Positions 19,887 to 30,415 of a stretch of DNA of 64,000 nt are shown here, piece after piece; positions within the stretch are counted from its first letter, which is position 1, and each line of letters opens with the position of its first letter. Below the pieces are notes generated by a model that was not told where the DNA came from, did no database searches, and saw only the letters and a program-made list of their open reading frames with translations. The translations under genes and the position numbers were made by a program. The DNA comes from Wickerhamiella versatilis (Eukaryota): positions 3,038,001 to 3,102,000 of the forward strand of contig JAQOWU010000008.1 in the NCBI GenBank assembly GCA_030867685.1. Direction: 5' to 3'.

Positions 19887-21539
19887 ATGTCTCTCAATGA
19901 CGACAGGGACCAAGGCGGATTGTCGTCTTTCCAGTATTCCAGAAAGGGATCTGAAGGGTTAGAATTAATGGAAGAGGGTGCAGAGGGATTGCCGGTACTG
20001 GAGGAATTGGGTTTCAGCAGGGCAGTTTCACAAGTAGAGGAAGAGCTACCCGAAGCCGTTCAATATAGCAGTGCCAAGAATTCAAATTTCTGTAATACGC
20101 CAGTAGGAGGGCGCTCAACAAGGACGAAAGCAAAACGGCTAGCATCTGTGCTGTCTCGAGTACAGTATGCAATGGAGGACGATATCCGCGCTACCCCGGC
20201 AATGCGGCCACCACCTAGGGCAGATTACTGGAAGACTAACGTTGAGTCCAATGCACAGAAAGTAAGGAATAAATTGGGACTTAGATCTCAGTGTCTTTCA
20301 ATATACCGCGACCTGGGGTATGCATGGGATCCACTTCAAATCATTCGAAACCGAAAAGCTCGGAACCACTCACCGCCGAAAGGTAATATGTGGGAAATAC
20401 GTGTCTCTGAAATTTATAACGATATTATGTGGCTCAAGCATAGGGCCTTGGTGGGCTCATCACCACCAACAGATGCTGCTCCAAATGAGGGCCGCTCTAG
20501 TCCCCAATCCAGTACATCTTCACCGGAAATAATGGAGCCCTCAACTCCGCCACCTGACAAGACGGAGGATGACTGGTGTTGGGGCAGTGTTAAAACCCCA
20601 ACACTTCTCACGCCAAGCGCACAGAAACACGTCGGCGGATTGCAGTCTCGCTCCTCAGAGCTGATAGAACGGCTCCAATCCAGGCATATCACAGACAACA
20701 GCTCACAGAGTGGCGACGATATGGTACCTGCTCATCCCAAATTTAGCCGGAAGTCCTCAGGACATCTTTCGAGCCGCCCAAGCCTGGCAGACCTCTCGAA
20801 TGCAGAGGCTGTGCACACAAATACTGAGAACGGTCTTTTGGCGCCTCCAGTGCAAATTGGTGAAGGGAGACATATGTCGTCAGGATCAATAGGTACTGTT
20901 TCGTCAGAGTCGAATATGTCTGATCGGCTTTTACAAACAGAGAGCAGTTCTCATAGAAGTTCTTCATCGCCGTCGGCACCTGTGGATTTTGATCTTTCGC
21001 ATTATAGCTGCTTCAAGCGACCCGAGGAAGCCAATTGCAACAACGCGGAGGCGGCGGAGCTTGAATTCATGTGCACGGTACTCAGAGAACTTTTGCGAAG
21101 GATCCGCTACCTCTGTAAATCTGTGGAGAGTAAGGTGGTTCCGCCCACTTGTGACATATACCGTGTACAGGTGAAGCGGGAGATTGTACCGAAGTATTTG
21201 GAATATCTTGCTGCTATGGAAAAAACAGCAATTGATAATCATCATCAACTTGATCAAGAGGTGGTAGGTGCACTTGACTCCTTAATGGTGGTGTCTGATA
21301 TGATGAGCTCCGAAGTGAACACCACCCTGAATCGACAATTAAGGGAGACGAGTGCCCAGCTCGATCACCTTTGTTCTTCTCATCAGCAATGTCTTATGCT
21401 TAATATAGGATTTGGCATTCTGGAATATTTAATGGTAGGAATCATGTGGACTTATTGGGCCATTGTGACATTCTCTCTCAACCTCGCGCGGACTGTTAGC
21501 GCTTCGTATTCGTTTGCGTCTTGGGCTTGCTTGATATGA
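19887..21539 (+). CDS. Mtc4-like protein (low-complexity Ser-rich region, C-terminal TM helix)
   Basis: 550 aa. The motif WDPLQIIRNRKAR resembles the (Y/W)xPLQxIRNRKxR block recalled for Mtc4-like fungal proteins; C-terminal LEYLMVGIMWTYWAIV. Confidence 0.55.
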   Translation: MSLNDDRDQGGLSSFQYSRKGSEGLELMEEGAEGLPVLEELGFSRAVSQVEEELPEAVQYSSAKNSNFCNTPVGGRSTRTKAKRLASVLSRVQYAMEDDIRATPAMRPPPRADYWKTNVESNAQKVRNKLGLRSQCLSIYRDLGYAWDPLQIIRNRKARNHSPPKGNMWEIRVSEIYNDIMWLKHRALVGSSPPTDAAPNEGRSSPQSSTSSPEIMEPSTPPPDKTEDDWCWGSVKTPTLLTPSAQKHVGGLQSRSSELIERLQSRHITDNSSQSGDDMVPAHPKFSRKSSGHLSSRPSLADLSNAEAVHTNTENGLLAPPVQIGEGRHMSSGSIGTVSSESNMSDRLLQTESSSHRSSSSPSAPVDFDLSHYSCFKRPEEANCNNAEAAELEFMCTVLRELLRRIRYLCKSVESKVVPPTCDIYRVQVKREIVPKYLEYLAAMEKTAIDNHHQLDQEVVGALDSLMVVSDMMSSEVNTTLNRQLRETSAQLDHLCSSHQQCLMLNIGFGILEYLMVGIMWTYWAIVTFSLNLARTVSASYSFASWACLI

Positions 21540-21707
21540 CCGCATGTAAAATTTTATTTATTTTTATATTATCTTTATTTAGTATTGAAAGATTTTCTGT
21601 TGATTTGTTTGTCTCTTTATTGCTGCCTCCCTCCAATCTTGTGGCTAACACGGTTAACACGGGTAGTATAATGTCAGCTTTTACATAACGACGGAAGACA
21701 AAACGGT

Positions 21708-23441
21708 ATGCCCGATATCATACCGCCGACGACAGCGAATGTCCTCAGGCGCCTAGGGGACTCATCAAGACCACCTTCGCGGCCTATTAGTCGTGGAGTT
21801 AGTCGCCAAGGTAGTTATTGTGGCGGTGGAGAGAGTATATACTCCCTTCGCTCCAAAATGGATAGTCCTGAAAATATTGGCTCCATCGATGATAGCGAAA
21901 CAGCTGCAATGAACTCATCTATTGAAACTTTGAAGCCTTCAGTAACAGTCTTTCTTCTCGCGATACTTACATCCTTTTGTGGGTTTATGTTTGGCTATGA
22001 TACAGGGTACATCTCAAGTGCACTTGTAATGATTAAAGACGACCTTGGCACAGAGCTTAACTCGAAGTGGAAGGAGTTAATTACATCGGCTACATCGCTG
22101 GGTGCATTTATTTCTGCATTAGTTGCAGGTGGATTGGCAGACGCATTTGGTCGTAAGTGGGTGATAGCCTTTGCCAATGTGATGTTTCTAACTGGTGGTG
22201 CGATGCAGACTGGTGCTCACAACATGTGGACCATGATAGTTGGTCGCTTTATTATGGGCTGGGGTGTTGGCGTTGCTTCTTTGGTTGCTCCGATGTATCT
22301 GAGTGAAGTTGCACCCACACGATTCAGGGGCCGCCTGGTGGTTATGAATGTTTTGGCAATTACTTTTGGACAACTTATATCATATTCAATTGGCTATGGG
22401 TTGAAAAATATCAATAACGGCTGGAGAGTTTTAGTGGGGCTTTCCATGGTGCCCTCCGCTGCACAAATGATTATGTTTGTTTTTATGCCCGAGACGCCTA
22501 GATACCTGATGTTGCGGGGACGCCGAGAAGAAGCTCGGGAAATTCTTGACCGGGTATATGTGGGCGCGTCTGACTCAATGCTGGATACCAAATTAGCGGA
22601 GATTCAGAGCGATGTCCCAGAATCGGCAATGGTTTTCGAATCAAATCCGGATCACAAGACTAAAATAAAGTCTGCATTGATCACTTTCCGTCATAATCTA
22701 CATGAGTTGTTTGTTCAGCCTCCGAATTTGCGTGCCCTGGCAATAATCGTCGGTCTCCAGCTGCTCCAGCAATTTTGTGGTTGGAATGCACTAACTTATT
22801 ACTCGAGCACTATTTTTGAAATGGGAGGTTTTCGTGATCCACAAGCAGTCTCAATCGTTGTTACGGCCACAAACTTTGTATTCACTATTGTAGCATTTCT
22901 CTGTATCGATCGCATTGGCCGCCGTATACTACTGCTGTCCACCATGTGGATTATGGGTGTAGGGCTTATTTTGTCGGCCGTCGCATTTGATCATCTACCG
23001 TGGCGGGAGCTAGTCAATGGAAACTCCACTGCAGCAGTAAACGAGGCAAAAGGCTCATGGGCAGATATTTTGATTGTATTCACATTCGTTTTTGCGGCAG
23101 GATACGGATCTGGTATTGGCTGCGTACCATGGGTTCAAAGTGAAATGCTTCCCATGGAGGTACGTGGTATGGGTACATCCTTTTCCACGGCGGCAAATTG
23201 GGCTGGCTCACTTATTGTATCGGCCACATTCTTGACCATGTTTCAAAATATTACTCCCATGGGTACTTATGGGTTTTATGCTGGCATGTGTTTCTTAGGG
23301 GAACTCTTGGTTTTCCTGCTTTATCCTGAGACAGCAGGACTCAATTTGGAAGAAATACAAGGTCTCCTACACGGTGGATTCCGAGTCAGTGACTCTCTCA
23401 AATTGAGCCGCCAAAGAAAACAGTTATACCGTAACTATTAA
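21708..23441 (+). CDS. Myo-inositol transporter (sugar porter family, Itr1/Itr2-like)
   Basis: GFMFGYDTGYISSAL, KELITSATSLGA, LADAFGRK, PETPRYL, QQFCGWNAL, PETAGLNLEE. Confidence 0.9.
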   Translation: MPDIIPPTTANVLRRLGDSSRPPSRPISRGVSRQGSYCGGGESIYSLRSKMDSPENIGSIDDSETAAMNSSIETLKPSVTVFLLAILTSFCGFMFGYDTGYISSALVMIKDDLGTELNSKWKELITSATSLGAFISALVAGGLADAFGRKWVIAFANVMFLTGGAMQTGAHNMWTMIVGRFIMGWGVGVASLVAPMYLSEVAPTRFRGRLVVMNVLAITFGQLISYSIGYGLKNINNGWRVLVGLSMVPSAAQMIMFVFMPETPRYLMLRGRREEAREILDRVYVGASDSMLDTKLAEIQSDVPESAMVFESNPDHKTKIKSALITFRHNLHELFVQPPNLRALAIIVGLQLLQQFCGWNALTYYSSTIFEMGGFRDPQAVSIVVTATNFVFTIVAFLCIDRIGRRILLLSTMWIMGVGLILSAVAFDHLPWRELVNGNSTAAVNEAKGSWADILIVFTFVFAAGYGSGIGCVPWVQSEMLPMEVRGMGTSFSTAANWAGSLIVSATFLTMFQNITPMGTYGFYAGMCFLGELLVFLLYPETAGLNLEEIQGLLHGGFRVSDSLKLSRQRKQLYRNY

Positions 23442-23464
23442 CTTAAGATGATGCCAGCATATAT

Positions 23465-23692
23465 CTACGTACTAAGCTTTTCCATAACTTCCTCATCTGT
23501 AGGTTCCACAGAAATATCACCATTGTCGAAAACAACCACAGGTATGTTACGCCGACCACTGAGTTTTTCGGCAACAATTTTTTGATCAGGATGTGCAACA
23601 AGATCTATATATTCATATTCAATCCCATGTTTAGATAGTAGAGCCTTGGTACGACGGCAATCTCCACACCAATCAGCACCATACACTTTCAT
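23465..23692 (-). CDS. Small bacterial-type glutaredoxin-like redoxin (NrdH/mycoredoxin class), 75 aa
   Basis: The ATG at 23692 gives MKVYGADWCGDCRRTKALLSKHGIEYEYIDL...SGRRNIPVVVFDNG...VEPTDEEVMEKL, with a CxxC motif and the cis-Pro motif NIP. Confidence 0.85.
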   Translation of the reverse strand: MKVYGADWCGDCRRTKALLSKHGIEYEYIDLVAHPDQKIVAEKLSGRRNIPVVVFDNGDISVEPTDEEVMEKLST

Positions 23693-23702
23693 TCTTAGTG
23701 TA

Positions 23703-23738
23703 TTCTGGAAGAATCTCGAAGCATTACATAATATATAA
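23703..23738. promoter_or_regulatory. Heat-shock element plus TATA box between the redoxin gene and SSE1
   Basis: TTCtgGAAgaATCtcGAA at 23703-23720 is four alternating nGAAn units with one mismatch. TATATAA at 23732-23738. Confidence 0.65.
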
Positions 23739-23803
23739 GTAACCACCCATCTTTGCATACTAAGGGACAAAGCTCGAATTTTTCATTATTTAACACACAA
23801 AAT

Positions 23804-25894
23804 ATGAGTGTGAGTGTTCCTGTTGGTATTGATTTGGGAAGCGGGAAGACAACTCTGGGAGTTGCCCGTAACCGCGGAATCGACATTGTTGTTAATGAAG
23901 TGTCTAATAGAGCGACGCCCTCGCTTGTGGCCTTTGGCCCAAGGTGTCGCTTCCTTGGCGAAGCAGCAAAGAGCCAGGAGACCAGTAATTTGAAGAATAC
24001 AGTTAGCTCGTTGAAACGCTTGGTTGGACGTAGAGGGGACGATCCCGGTATTGTACGCGAGCGCGCATTTAACGGAGCAACCCTCGAGCCGGTTAATGGC
24101 GAGACTGGTGTCAAGGTTTCTTATCTTGGTAAACCAGCTGAATTCACATTCACGCAGCTGACCGCTATGTACCTCGGTAAGATGCGTAGCACTTTGCTTC
24201 AAGATACTAAGGGCAATATCAATGATGTTGTTATTGCTGTGCCTTCATACTTTGTTGACGCGCAGCGCCGGGCAGTGGCTGATGCGGCAGTTATTGCTGG
24301 TCTGAACCCAGTTCGCATCGTAAATGACGTTAGTGCTGCAGCTATCGGGCATGGTGTTTTCCGTACCGACCTGCCTGAAGACAGCTATAAAAAGATTGCA
24401 ATTGTGGATATCGGCTACTCTGATTACACGGTGAGCATTGTTGCCCTGAAGAAGGGTGAGGGCAAGGTTCTTGGAACATCATGTGAGCGCAATTTCGGCG
24501 GTCGTGACCTTGACCTGGTTATCACCCAACACTTTGCTCGTGAGTTCGCTAGCAAGTATAAGATTGATGTTGCATCTAATCCTAAGGCGTTTGGCCGTGT
24601 TGTGGCACAGTCCGAGAAGCTCAAGAAGATTCTCTCAGCGAACTCTTCTGGTATGTTCAACGTTGAAAGTCTGATGAATGACATTGACGTCTCATCAAGT
24701 CTTACTCGTGAAGATCTCGAGAGTTATCTCGCTGATAGTTTGGCACATATTAAGGACCCCATTTCTCAAGCACTCAGTCAAGCCGGGTTAACTCCAGATG
24801 ATCTGGATGCTATCGAGCTCATCGGTGGATGCACTCGTGTGCCATCAATCAAGCAAAAGATCAGCGAGGCATTTGGTGGCAAGCCTTTGTCTTATACTAT
24901 GAACCAAGATGAAGCAGTGGCTCGTGGTGCTGCCTTCTTGTGTGCCGCTCACTCCCCAACTGTTCGTGTGAGGCCTTTCAAGTTTGAGGATATCAATAAT
25001 CACAGTGTCACATTCAAATGGGATAAGACGGAGGATGAGGATACCGACTCTCTCGAAGTGTTCCCTCTCGGCTCTCCTTTCCCTGTGACGAAGGTTGTCA
25101 CTCTCTTCCGCAAGCAGGATTTCGAGATTGAAGCATTCTACACGCATCCCCATCATATTGAGGAGGGTATCTCCCCACATGTCGGCAAGTGGTCGATTAA
25201 GGGTGTAAAGCCTGCTTCTAACGGTGATGCCGTCGCAGTCAAGTTGAAACTCCGCCAGGACCCTTCAGGACTCTACACTGTGGAGTCTGCTTATACTGCC
25301 GAGGAACAACTTGTGCAGGAGCCCGTGGAGGGATCAGAGGAAGGGGAGACGAAGGAGGTCAAGAAGTGGGTTAAGAAGGATGATCTTACCATCGAGCATT
25401 TCGCCCCTATCCTTAGCCCCGAGCAGCGTGATTTGTTGTTAGAGGCCGAATCTAAGATGGTGGCCGAAGACAAACTCGTTGCAGACACCGAAGACCGAAA
25501 GAACGCACTGGAAGAGTATATTTACGATATCCGAGACAAGGTGGAGGGTCCGCTTGCCGAGTTCGCCAGTGAGGAGGAGAAGGAGAAACTTTTCAATATG
25601 GCAATGGAAACCGAAGACTGGCTCTATGGTGATGGCGAAGACGCATCCAAGGGTCAATATGTCGCCAAGTATGATGAGCTTGCGGCACTTGGTAACTTGA
25701 TTAAGGGCCGTAAGACCTCTAAGGAAGAGGAGCAGCGTCAAGCAGCCCGTGCGAAGCAAGAAGCTGAGCAGCAGCGTAAGATGGCAGAAAAGATGCAAGA
25801 GCAGAAGGCTGCGCGTGAGGCAGAGCAAGCCAAGAAGGCAGAGCAAGAAAAGGAGACAGCAGGTAACGATGAGGAAATGCCTGATGCACAATAG
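23804..25894 (+). CDS. SSE1: Hsp110 chaperone / Hsp70 nucleotide-exchange factor Sse1
   Basis: The first ATG at 23804 gives MSVSVPVGIDLG; RGIDIVVNEVSNRATPSLVAF, NQDEAVARGAAF, DTEDRKNALEEYIY. Confidence 0.93.
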   Translation: MSVSVPVGIDLGSGKTTLGVARNRGIDIVVNEVSNRATPSLVAFGPRCRFLGEAAKSQETSNLKNTVSSLKRLVGRRGDDPGIVRERAFNGATLEPVNGETGVKVSYLGKPAEFTFTQLTAMYLGKMRSTLLQDTKGNINDVVIAVPSYFVDAQRRAVADAAVIAGLNPVRIVNDVSAAAIGHGVFRTDLPEDSYKKIAIVDIGYSDYTVSIVALKKGEGKVLGTSCERNFGGRDLDLVITQHFAREFASKYKIDVASNPKAFGRVVAQSEKLKKILSANSSGMFNVESLMNDIDVSSSLTREDLESYLADSLAHIKDPISQALSQAGLTPDDLDAIELIGGCTRVPSIKQKISEAFGGKPLSYTMNQDEAVARGAAFLCAAHSPTVRVRPFKFEDINNHSVTFKWDKTEDEDTDSLEVFPLGSPFPVTKVVTLFRKQDFEIEAFYTHPHHIEEGISPHVGKWSIKGVKPASNGDAVAVKLKLRQDPSGLYTVESAYTAEEQLVQEPVEGSEEGETKEVKKWVKKDDLTIEHFAPILSPEQRDLLLEAESKMVAEDKLVADTEDRKNALEEYIYDIRDKVEGPLAEFASEEEKEKLFNMAMETEDWLYGDGEDASKGQYVAKYDELAALGNLIKGRKTSKEEEQRQAARAKQEAEQQRKMAEKMQEQKAAREAEQAKKAEQEKETAGNDEEMPDAQ

Positions 25895-26049
25895 ATAGTT
25901 GAAAATAAGCCTTAAATTACCTCCTTGAGTAATTATAGCCTGTTTTATATTGCGTCAGGGCCATGTTTCAGCCTATAAACTCTTTAAAGTATATATAATA
26001 CAGCATAGTAAGTTTATCTATCTACTCTTCATATATTCCATTTCACAAG

Positions 26050-29000
26050 TTAAAGCAATCCAGCTGTTTGCTGAAGCTCTTCAATACGTTTGTTAGACGG
26101 GTCAAGAAGGGTTACATCGACATCCACCGTCTCAGCAGCAGCTTCAGCCATAATAGATACAGCGGCTCGAGAGAGCAGTGTGGGGGTAGGTACACTTTTA
26201 AGGGCAGACACCAAATTCAAGACCCTGTCCTTCCCAGACTTAATAGCAAGGTAGTCTTGATAGACCAAGAGCGAGGGTGAGACCTGTCCCAAGAGCTCGC
26301 TAATGTGGCCTAATGTGCCCGAAACAACTGCTCTCGGAGCAACATATCGAGCTAGGACATCATGTGCATCTTTCTTGAGGCCAGAATCTATCAATTCCTC
26401 GACCTCGCGGATATAAGCTCCAACGTAGTGCGCTCGAAGAGCTCTAGCTTTACTCACAAGTTCGGAGGGAATCGATACAGGCCCTGCCGCAGCATCTGGC
26501 ACTCGATAGAGAATTTCCTCCATGGTATGCAAAGCCAATGAATCATCGCGTATATGTGCTGCAACAAGAATAGCGCCTGAGGAATCACTACGGCCTTCAA
26601 GTAATGTGTCCAATGCCAGTGGATAGCAAATACTGTCATTCAAGCTAGCTGGTACACCAAAGTCTTCTGGTAGTGCTTGAATGAGCAGAAAGGCATCCTC
26701 AAGCGAGAGCTTTGAAAGTACCGCAGGAAGATATTCAGGACCCAGAGCCAGCTTGAGGAACGACGGTTCGACTCCATATTTAGATTCATCCTCGGCGGTC
26801 AAGCCCTTTACAATTTCGTAAAGTGGCTTGGTAGTATACCAAAGCTGCATCGCAACACGCTGTTGCCAATCTGCATTCTGCAGGACTTTAGGGAGCTCTC
26901 CTGCAGCCAACTGCGTCAAGCGCCGGACAACATTTGGAATATGATGCTCTATTGCACATTGATGCCATTCGGCAAGTTGGGCTCGAGCATTTGAAGCAAG
27001 AGACACAGAGGGGGACTCTAAAAGAGCACATTGAATTGCAAGATGAGGAAGCCCGGCTCCCATGGCCCTGGTAGCAGCCTCACGGAGACGATGACCACAG
27101 ACAAGTGCCCAAACAGCCTCGAAGGTATCATCACCAGCCAGCGCTCTGTTGCGACTGACGCTTCCACCTAGACGTTGTTCTAACAAATCACTTAATCGTT
27201 TTCGTGGGTTCGAAGACTGTATCGCCAGAGCTGCAATTTCCCAGGACTTTCCCAATTTATAAAGAGTTTTTGCTAGAGGGAGTTCCGAGGCCGATCGTGC
27301 AGTGAAGGTAGGTGGAGGCAATTGCTTCGAAATAAGTGGATGTCCCCAGAGTTGCCGCTGACGCTTGGGTTGATCTACTACAACGCCACTCGCCGTAGAA
27401 TTTGAGAGTTTTAGCGGCCACTTAATCCTGGAAACTCCCCGAGGAGGGAGTCTTAGTGATTTTGCCGCTTCATCGTATATGCTAGGCTCGAACAAAACCG
27501 ATAAACCAGGCTCTACATCACTCTTCAGGACCTTATCAGTGGCTGCCAAAGTAGTATGCGAGGCATGGTCAAGCTGTTCCAGCCATGTCTGTGGCCTGGT
27601 GCTATCCTCCATGGCCACCTCATCAACTACTTCCCCCTGGGCCGGAGGGGGTGTGGGAACCCACACAGGCGATTCTGGTTCTTCCACGATCATCTCCTCT
27701 GCGGAAATTCCCCACTTGGAAAAGTGAGGTACCCTAAAAACCCACATTCCATGGGCAAAAGTAACAAACTCTCCACCAGGTCCTTCACATGCCCGCCGCA
27801 ATCGTTCTAGATGTGTTAACATACGCGGATCAGCCATGTCTGTGATGGGCTCCTTGGTTTCGGCATCACGAGGCCACACACCCTCCAAAGTCACTGTAGC
27901 AGGGCAATTTAACCCATGACCTTGTGACCTTTTTTGTGATGCATCAGGATACACACATATTGTGCCAGAGTCAAAAACAACCAACGTTCCTAGGAGATCT
28001 CCCAGGTTTGTGATGTCTGATATATCTACAGGATTTGTCCATTCAACCTGTCCATAGCCACGTCGACCAATGACAAGATGGACTTTTTCCAGTTGACTGC
28101 TCGTCATGGAAGCAAGCTGTTCCAGGGAGGGACGTACAAAATAACCTTCCTCAAGTGCTTGCTTGTTAAACTTTACCAGTTTTAATCCAGATGGGCGATG
28201 AAAGACGCTCAGGTCACCCTCACCTTCTGTATTACTCGAAGCAGTGGCTGGTGGAGGCAACGCGGCTCTGCTGTTGCCGGCATCAGACCCAAGTAATGGA
28301 ATCGGTGAGGGGGGAGCCTCTATAGCTCGCTGTGACCTTTGAATAACCAATGAAGTTGGGCGTTCGCTGAGAAAGTCCTCATACGAATTCATCCATTTTC
28401 GCGGTTCGGTTCTTTCTTTTTTTGTAGAAGCAGGTTTTGGCTTCTCCCGCGCTACAATGGGAACCACAGGAGGTATCAAAGATCCTGCTGATGTATTTGA
28501 TGCTAAGGAAAGCGAGCCACCCATGGAGGGTAGGACTCGCGTAGAATGTTCATTTTGAGAGGATTGTGGCAATGAGTGGCCCACAGGTTGACCTTCTGGC
28601 GTAGGCTTCGGCTTCGGTGGTAGTGTTAGCGAACTATACAATTTTTGAGGGGGTTGAGTACCAGGAAGTGTGTAGCTTGACTGATCGATAGTGGTAGTAA
28701 GACGCGTTGTATTACTGTTTGTGGTTGATCCAAAAAGACCCCCAGATTGCGATGCGTTACCGAACAGGCCACTACTCTGGCCCGTTTGAGCTACAGGATT
28801 ACTTTGCTGGCCTGTCGATCCAAACAATCCACTAGGTTGCTGGTTTTGCTGGGTGTTAAATAATCCACCACCAGTAGACTTTTGGCCAAAAATCCCCGTA
28901 TTCTGCTGACCCTGATTACTCTGCGATCCCATGAATCCACTTCCCAGCTGCCCAGAGGTTCCAGAACCTAAACCATTGTTCTGTTGTTGAGAGCTCTGCC

Positions 29001-29748
29001 CGAATAGACTGCCAGTGGGACGCGGAGCGTTCTGGCTAAAAAGGCCTCCTCCAGTATTTTGTGGTTGTTGATTGCTTGTATTAGAAAAAAGACCACCATT
29101 CTGCTGTTGTGTATTAGCTTGATTTCCAAAAAGACCACCAGACTGGTTCTGATTATTCTGACCAAAAAGGCCAGTCTGGGATGGACCCCCAGAATTAGTT
29201 GTTTGCTGGGGACCTTGACCAAAGAGTCCACCGCCTTGTGGTTTTTGACCAAATAGGCTACCGCCAGTCTGAGTATTATTACTATTGTTCGTGCCAAACA
29301 GACTTCCTGTTCCCGTTCCCGTTCCCGATTGCTGTCCTGCGTTCGAAGAGCCAAATAGCCCACCCCCGGTCTGCTGTTGACCACCCAGACCGAAAGCTCC
29401 ACCTGGCTTCTGGGCACTGTTTGTCGAGCCGAACAAACCGCCCCCAGAAGGTTGTTGATTCGAAGTATTCTGTCCAAAAACTCCGGTGCCCGACGGCTGT
29501 GATCCAGATCCAAAAAGTCCACCTGAGGGCTTGGCTCCAAATAAGCCACCACCTCCAGTACTTGCATTCATACTGCCGTTATTCTGCCCAAAAAGACTGC
29601 CATTTGTTGCAGTGGACTGGCCATTATTTTGCGCACCAAACAGTCCCCCAGAGTTAGATGTACTGAACGAGTTCGAGCGCTTTGCACCAAAACCGGTGTT
29701 CTGTCCGAATCCGAATCCACCACTTCCTTGTTGTCCGAAGGCACTCAT
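26050..29748 (-). CDS. NUP145: GLFG nucleoporin Nup145 / Nup98-Nup96 autoproteolytic precursor
   Basis: Long N-terminal GLFG/SLFG repeat region, peptidase S59 domain (GRRGYGQVEW, GHGLNCPATVTLEGVWP), cleavage motif HF|S at 27718-27726 and a Nup96-like helical C-terminus. Confidence 0.9.
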   Translation of the reverse strand: MSAFGQQGSGGFGFGQNTGFGAKRSNSFSTSNSGGLFGAQNNGQSTATNGSLFGQNNGSMNASTGGGGLFGAKPSGGLFGSGSQPSGTGVFGQNTSNQQPSGGGLFGSTNSAQKPGGAFGLGGQQQTGGGLFGSSNAGQQSGTGTGTGSLFGTNNSNNTQTGGSLFGQKPQGGGLFGQGPQQTTNSGGPSQTGLFGQNNQNQSGGLFGNQANTQQQNGGLFSNTSNQQPQNTGGGLFSQNAPRPTGSLFGQSSQQQNNGLGSGTSGQLGSGFMGSQSNQGQQNTGIFGQKSTGGGLFNTQQNQQPSGLFGSTGQQSNPVAQTGQSSGLFGNASQSGGLFGSTTNSNTTRLTTTIDQSSYTLPGTQPPQKLYSSLTLPPKPKPTPEGQPVGHSLPQSSQNEHSTRVLPSMGGSLSLASNTSAGSLIPPVVPIVAREKPKPASTKKERTEPRKWMNSYEDFLSERPTSLVIQRSQRAIEAPPSPIPLLGSDAGNSRAALPPPATASSNTEGEGDLSVFHRPSGLKLVKFNKQALEEGYFVRPSLEQLASMTSSQLEKVHLVIGRRGYGQVEWTNPVDISDITNLGDLLGTLVVFDSGTICVYPDASQKRSQGHGLNCPATVTLEGVWPRDAETKEPITDMADPRMLTHLERLRRACEGPGGEFVTFAHGMWVFRVPHFSKWGISAEEMIVEEPESPVWVPTPPPAQGEVVDEVAMEDSTRPQTWLEQLDHASHTTLAATDKVLKSDVEPGLSVLFEPSIYDEAAKSLRLPPRGVSRIKWPLKLSNSTASGVVVDQPKRQRQLWGHPLISKQLPPPTFTARSASELPLAKTLYKLGKSWEIAALAIQSSNPRKRLSDLLEQRLGGSVSRNRALAGDDTFEAVWALVCGHRLREAATRAMGAGLPHLAIQCALLESPSVSLASNARAQLAEWHQCAIEHHIPNVVRRLTQLAAGELPKVLQNADWQQRVAMQLWYTTKPLYEIVKGLTAEDESKYGVEPSFLKLALGPEYLPAVLSKLSLEDAFLLIQALPEDFGVPASLNDSICYPLALDTLLEGRSDSSGAILVAAHIRDDSLALHTMEEILYRVPDAAAGPVSIPSELVSKARALRAHYVGAYIREVEELIDSGLKKDAHDVLARYVAPRAVVSGTLGHISELLGQVSPSLLVYQDYLAIKSGKDRVLNLVSALKSVPTPTLLSRAAVSIMAEAAAETVDVDVTLLDPSNKRIEELQQTAGLL

Positions 29749-30415
29749 CAACGCCTGGAGAGTCCACGCGAATGCAACACAGCAGCTGACAAATAAACTC
29801 TGGTACTAGGGACGCGAATGGTGACGATACTCTTTCCACACCTGACGGTCGGGCTATTTAGTTTAGCCTGATATTTAAAAAAACGAGATCAAAGTTGTAT
29901 AGCTATTAATATTTCCAAGAAGCAAGGATGCACTGTTTACTTGACCTCTAGACAGAATTTCAATTTTTTAAAACTTTTAAAAGAGCCTAGACATAAATCT
30001 GAAGCTTCTGGTATCGCAATTAAAGAAGCCTGTAAGCATAAAGTACACCTCGCAATTTCTAGATGGGGACCAAATGACGATCCCTCGCCGGAGCATTGCG
30101 TAGCTATGCTGACTCATAAACATGACACATACATTGGGACAGGGTGACACTATCATGCTCGATAGTGAGATTTCCATTCTAGGGATAGGTACACGGCGAC
30201 CCCTGTAGATCTGGGGATATGGTCGAATATCCTAGTGGATGCAGAGGTTTAAAAACCTTTTTATCGGAATATAGGAAGGCACTACTTGAGCTGTTTGTAG
30301 CCATAGAAACTCAGATTACGTTAGTATCAGCGATGATCTCAGATGACAGCCTCGAACACCCCACCCCCCAACAGCTAGTACCATTAGTAAACTACACAAG
30401 CAATTAATTCGCCAC

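Noticed and set aside
25439-25891. 150-aa Leu-rich ORF antisense to the SSE1 3' end, plus other antisense ORFs inside SMC2, RPA190, APM3 and NUP145
   Set aside because: Shadow ORFs arising from codon bias and low-complexity regions of the real genes; no independent motifs.
28700-29740. Repetitive sequence in the NUP145 5' region
   Set aside because: Explained by GLFG/FG peptide repeats; it is not a DNA repeat array or CRISPR.
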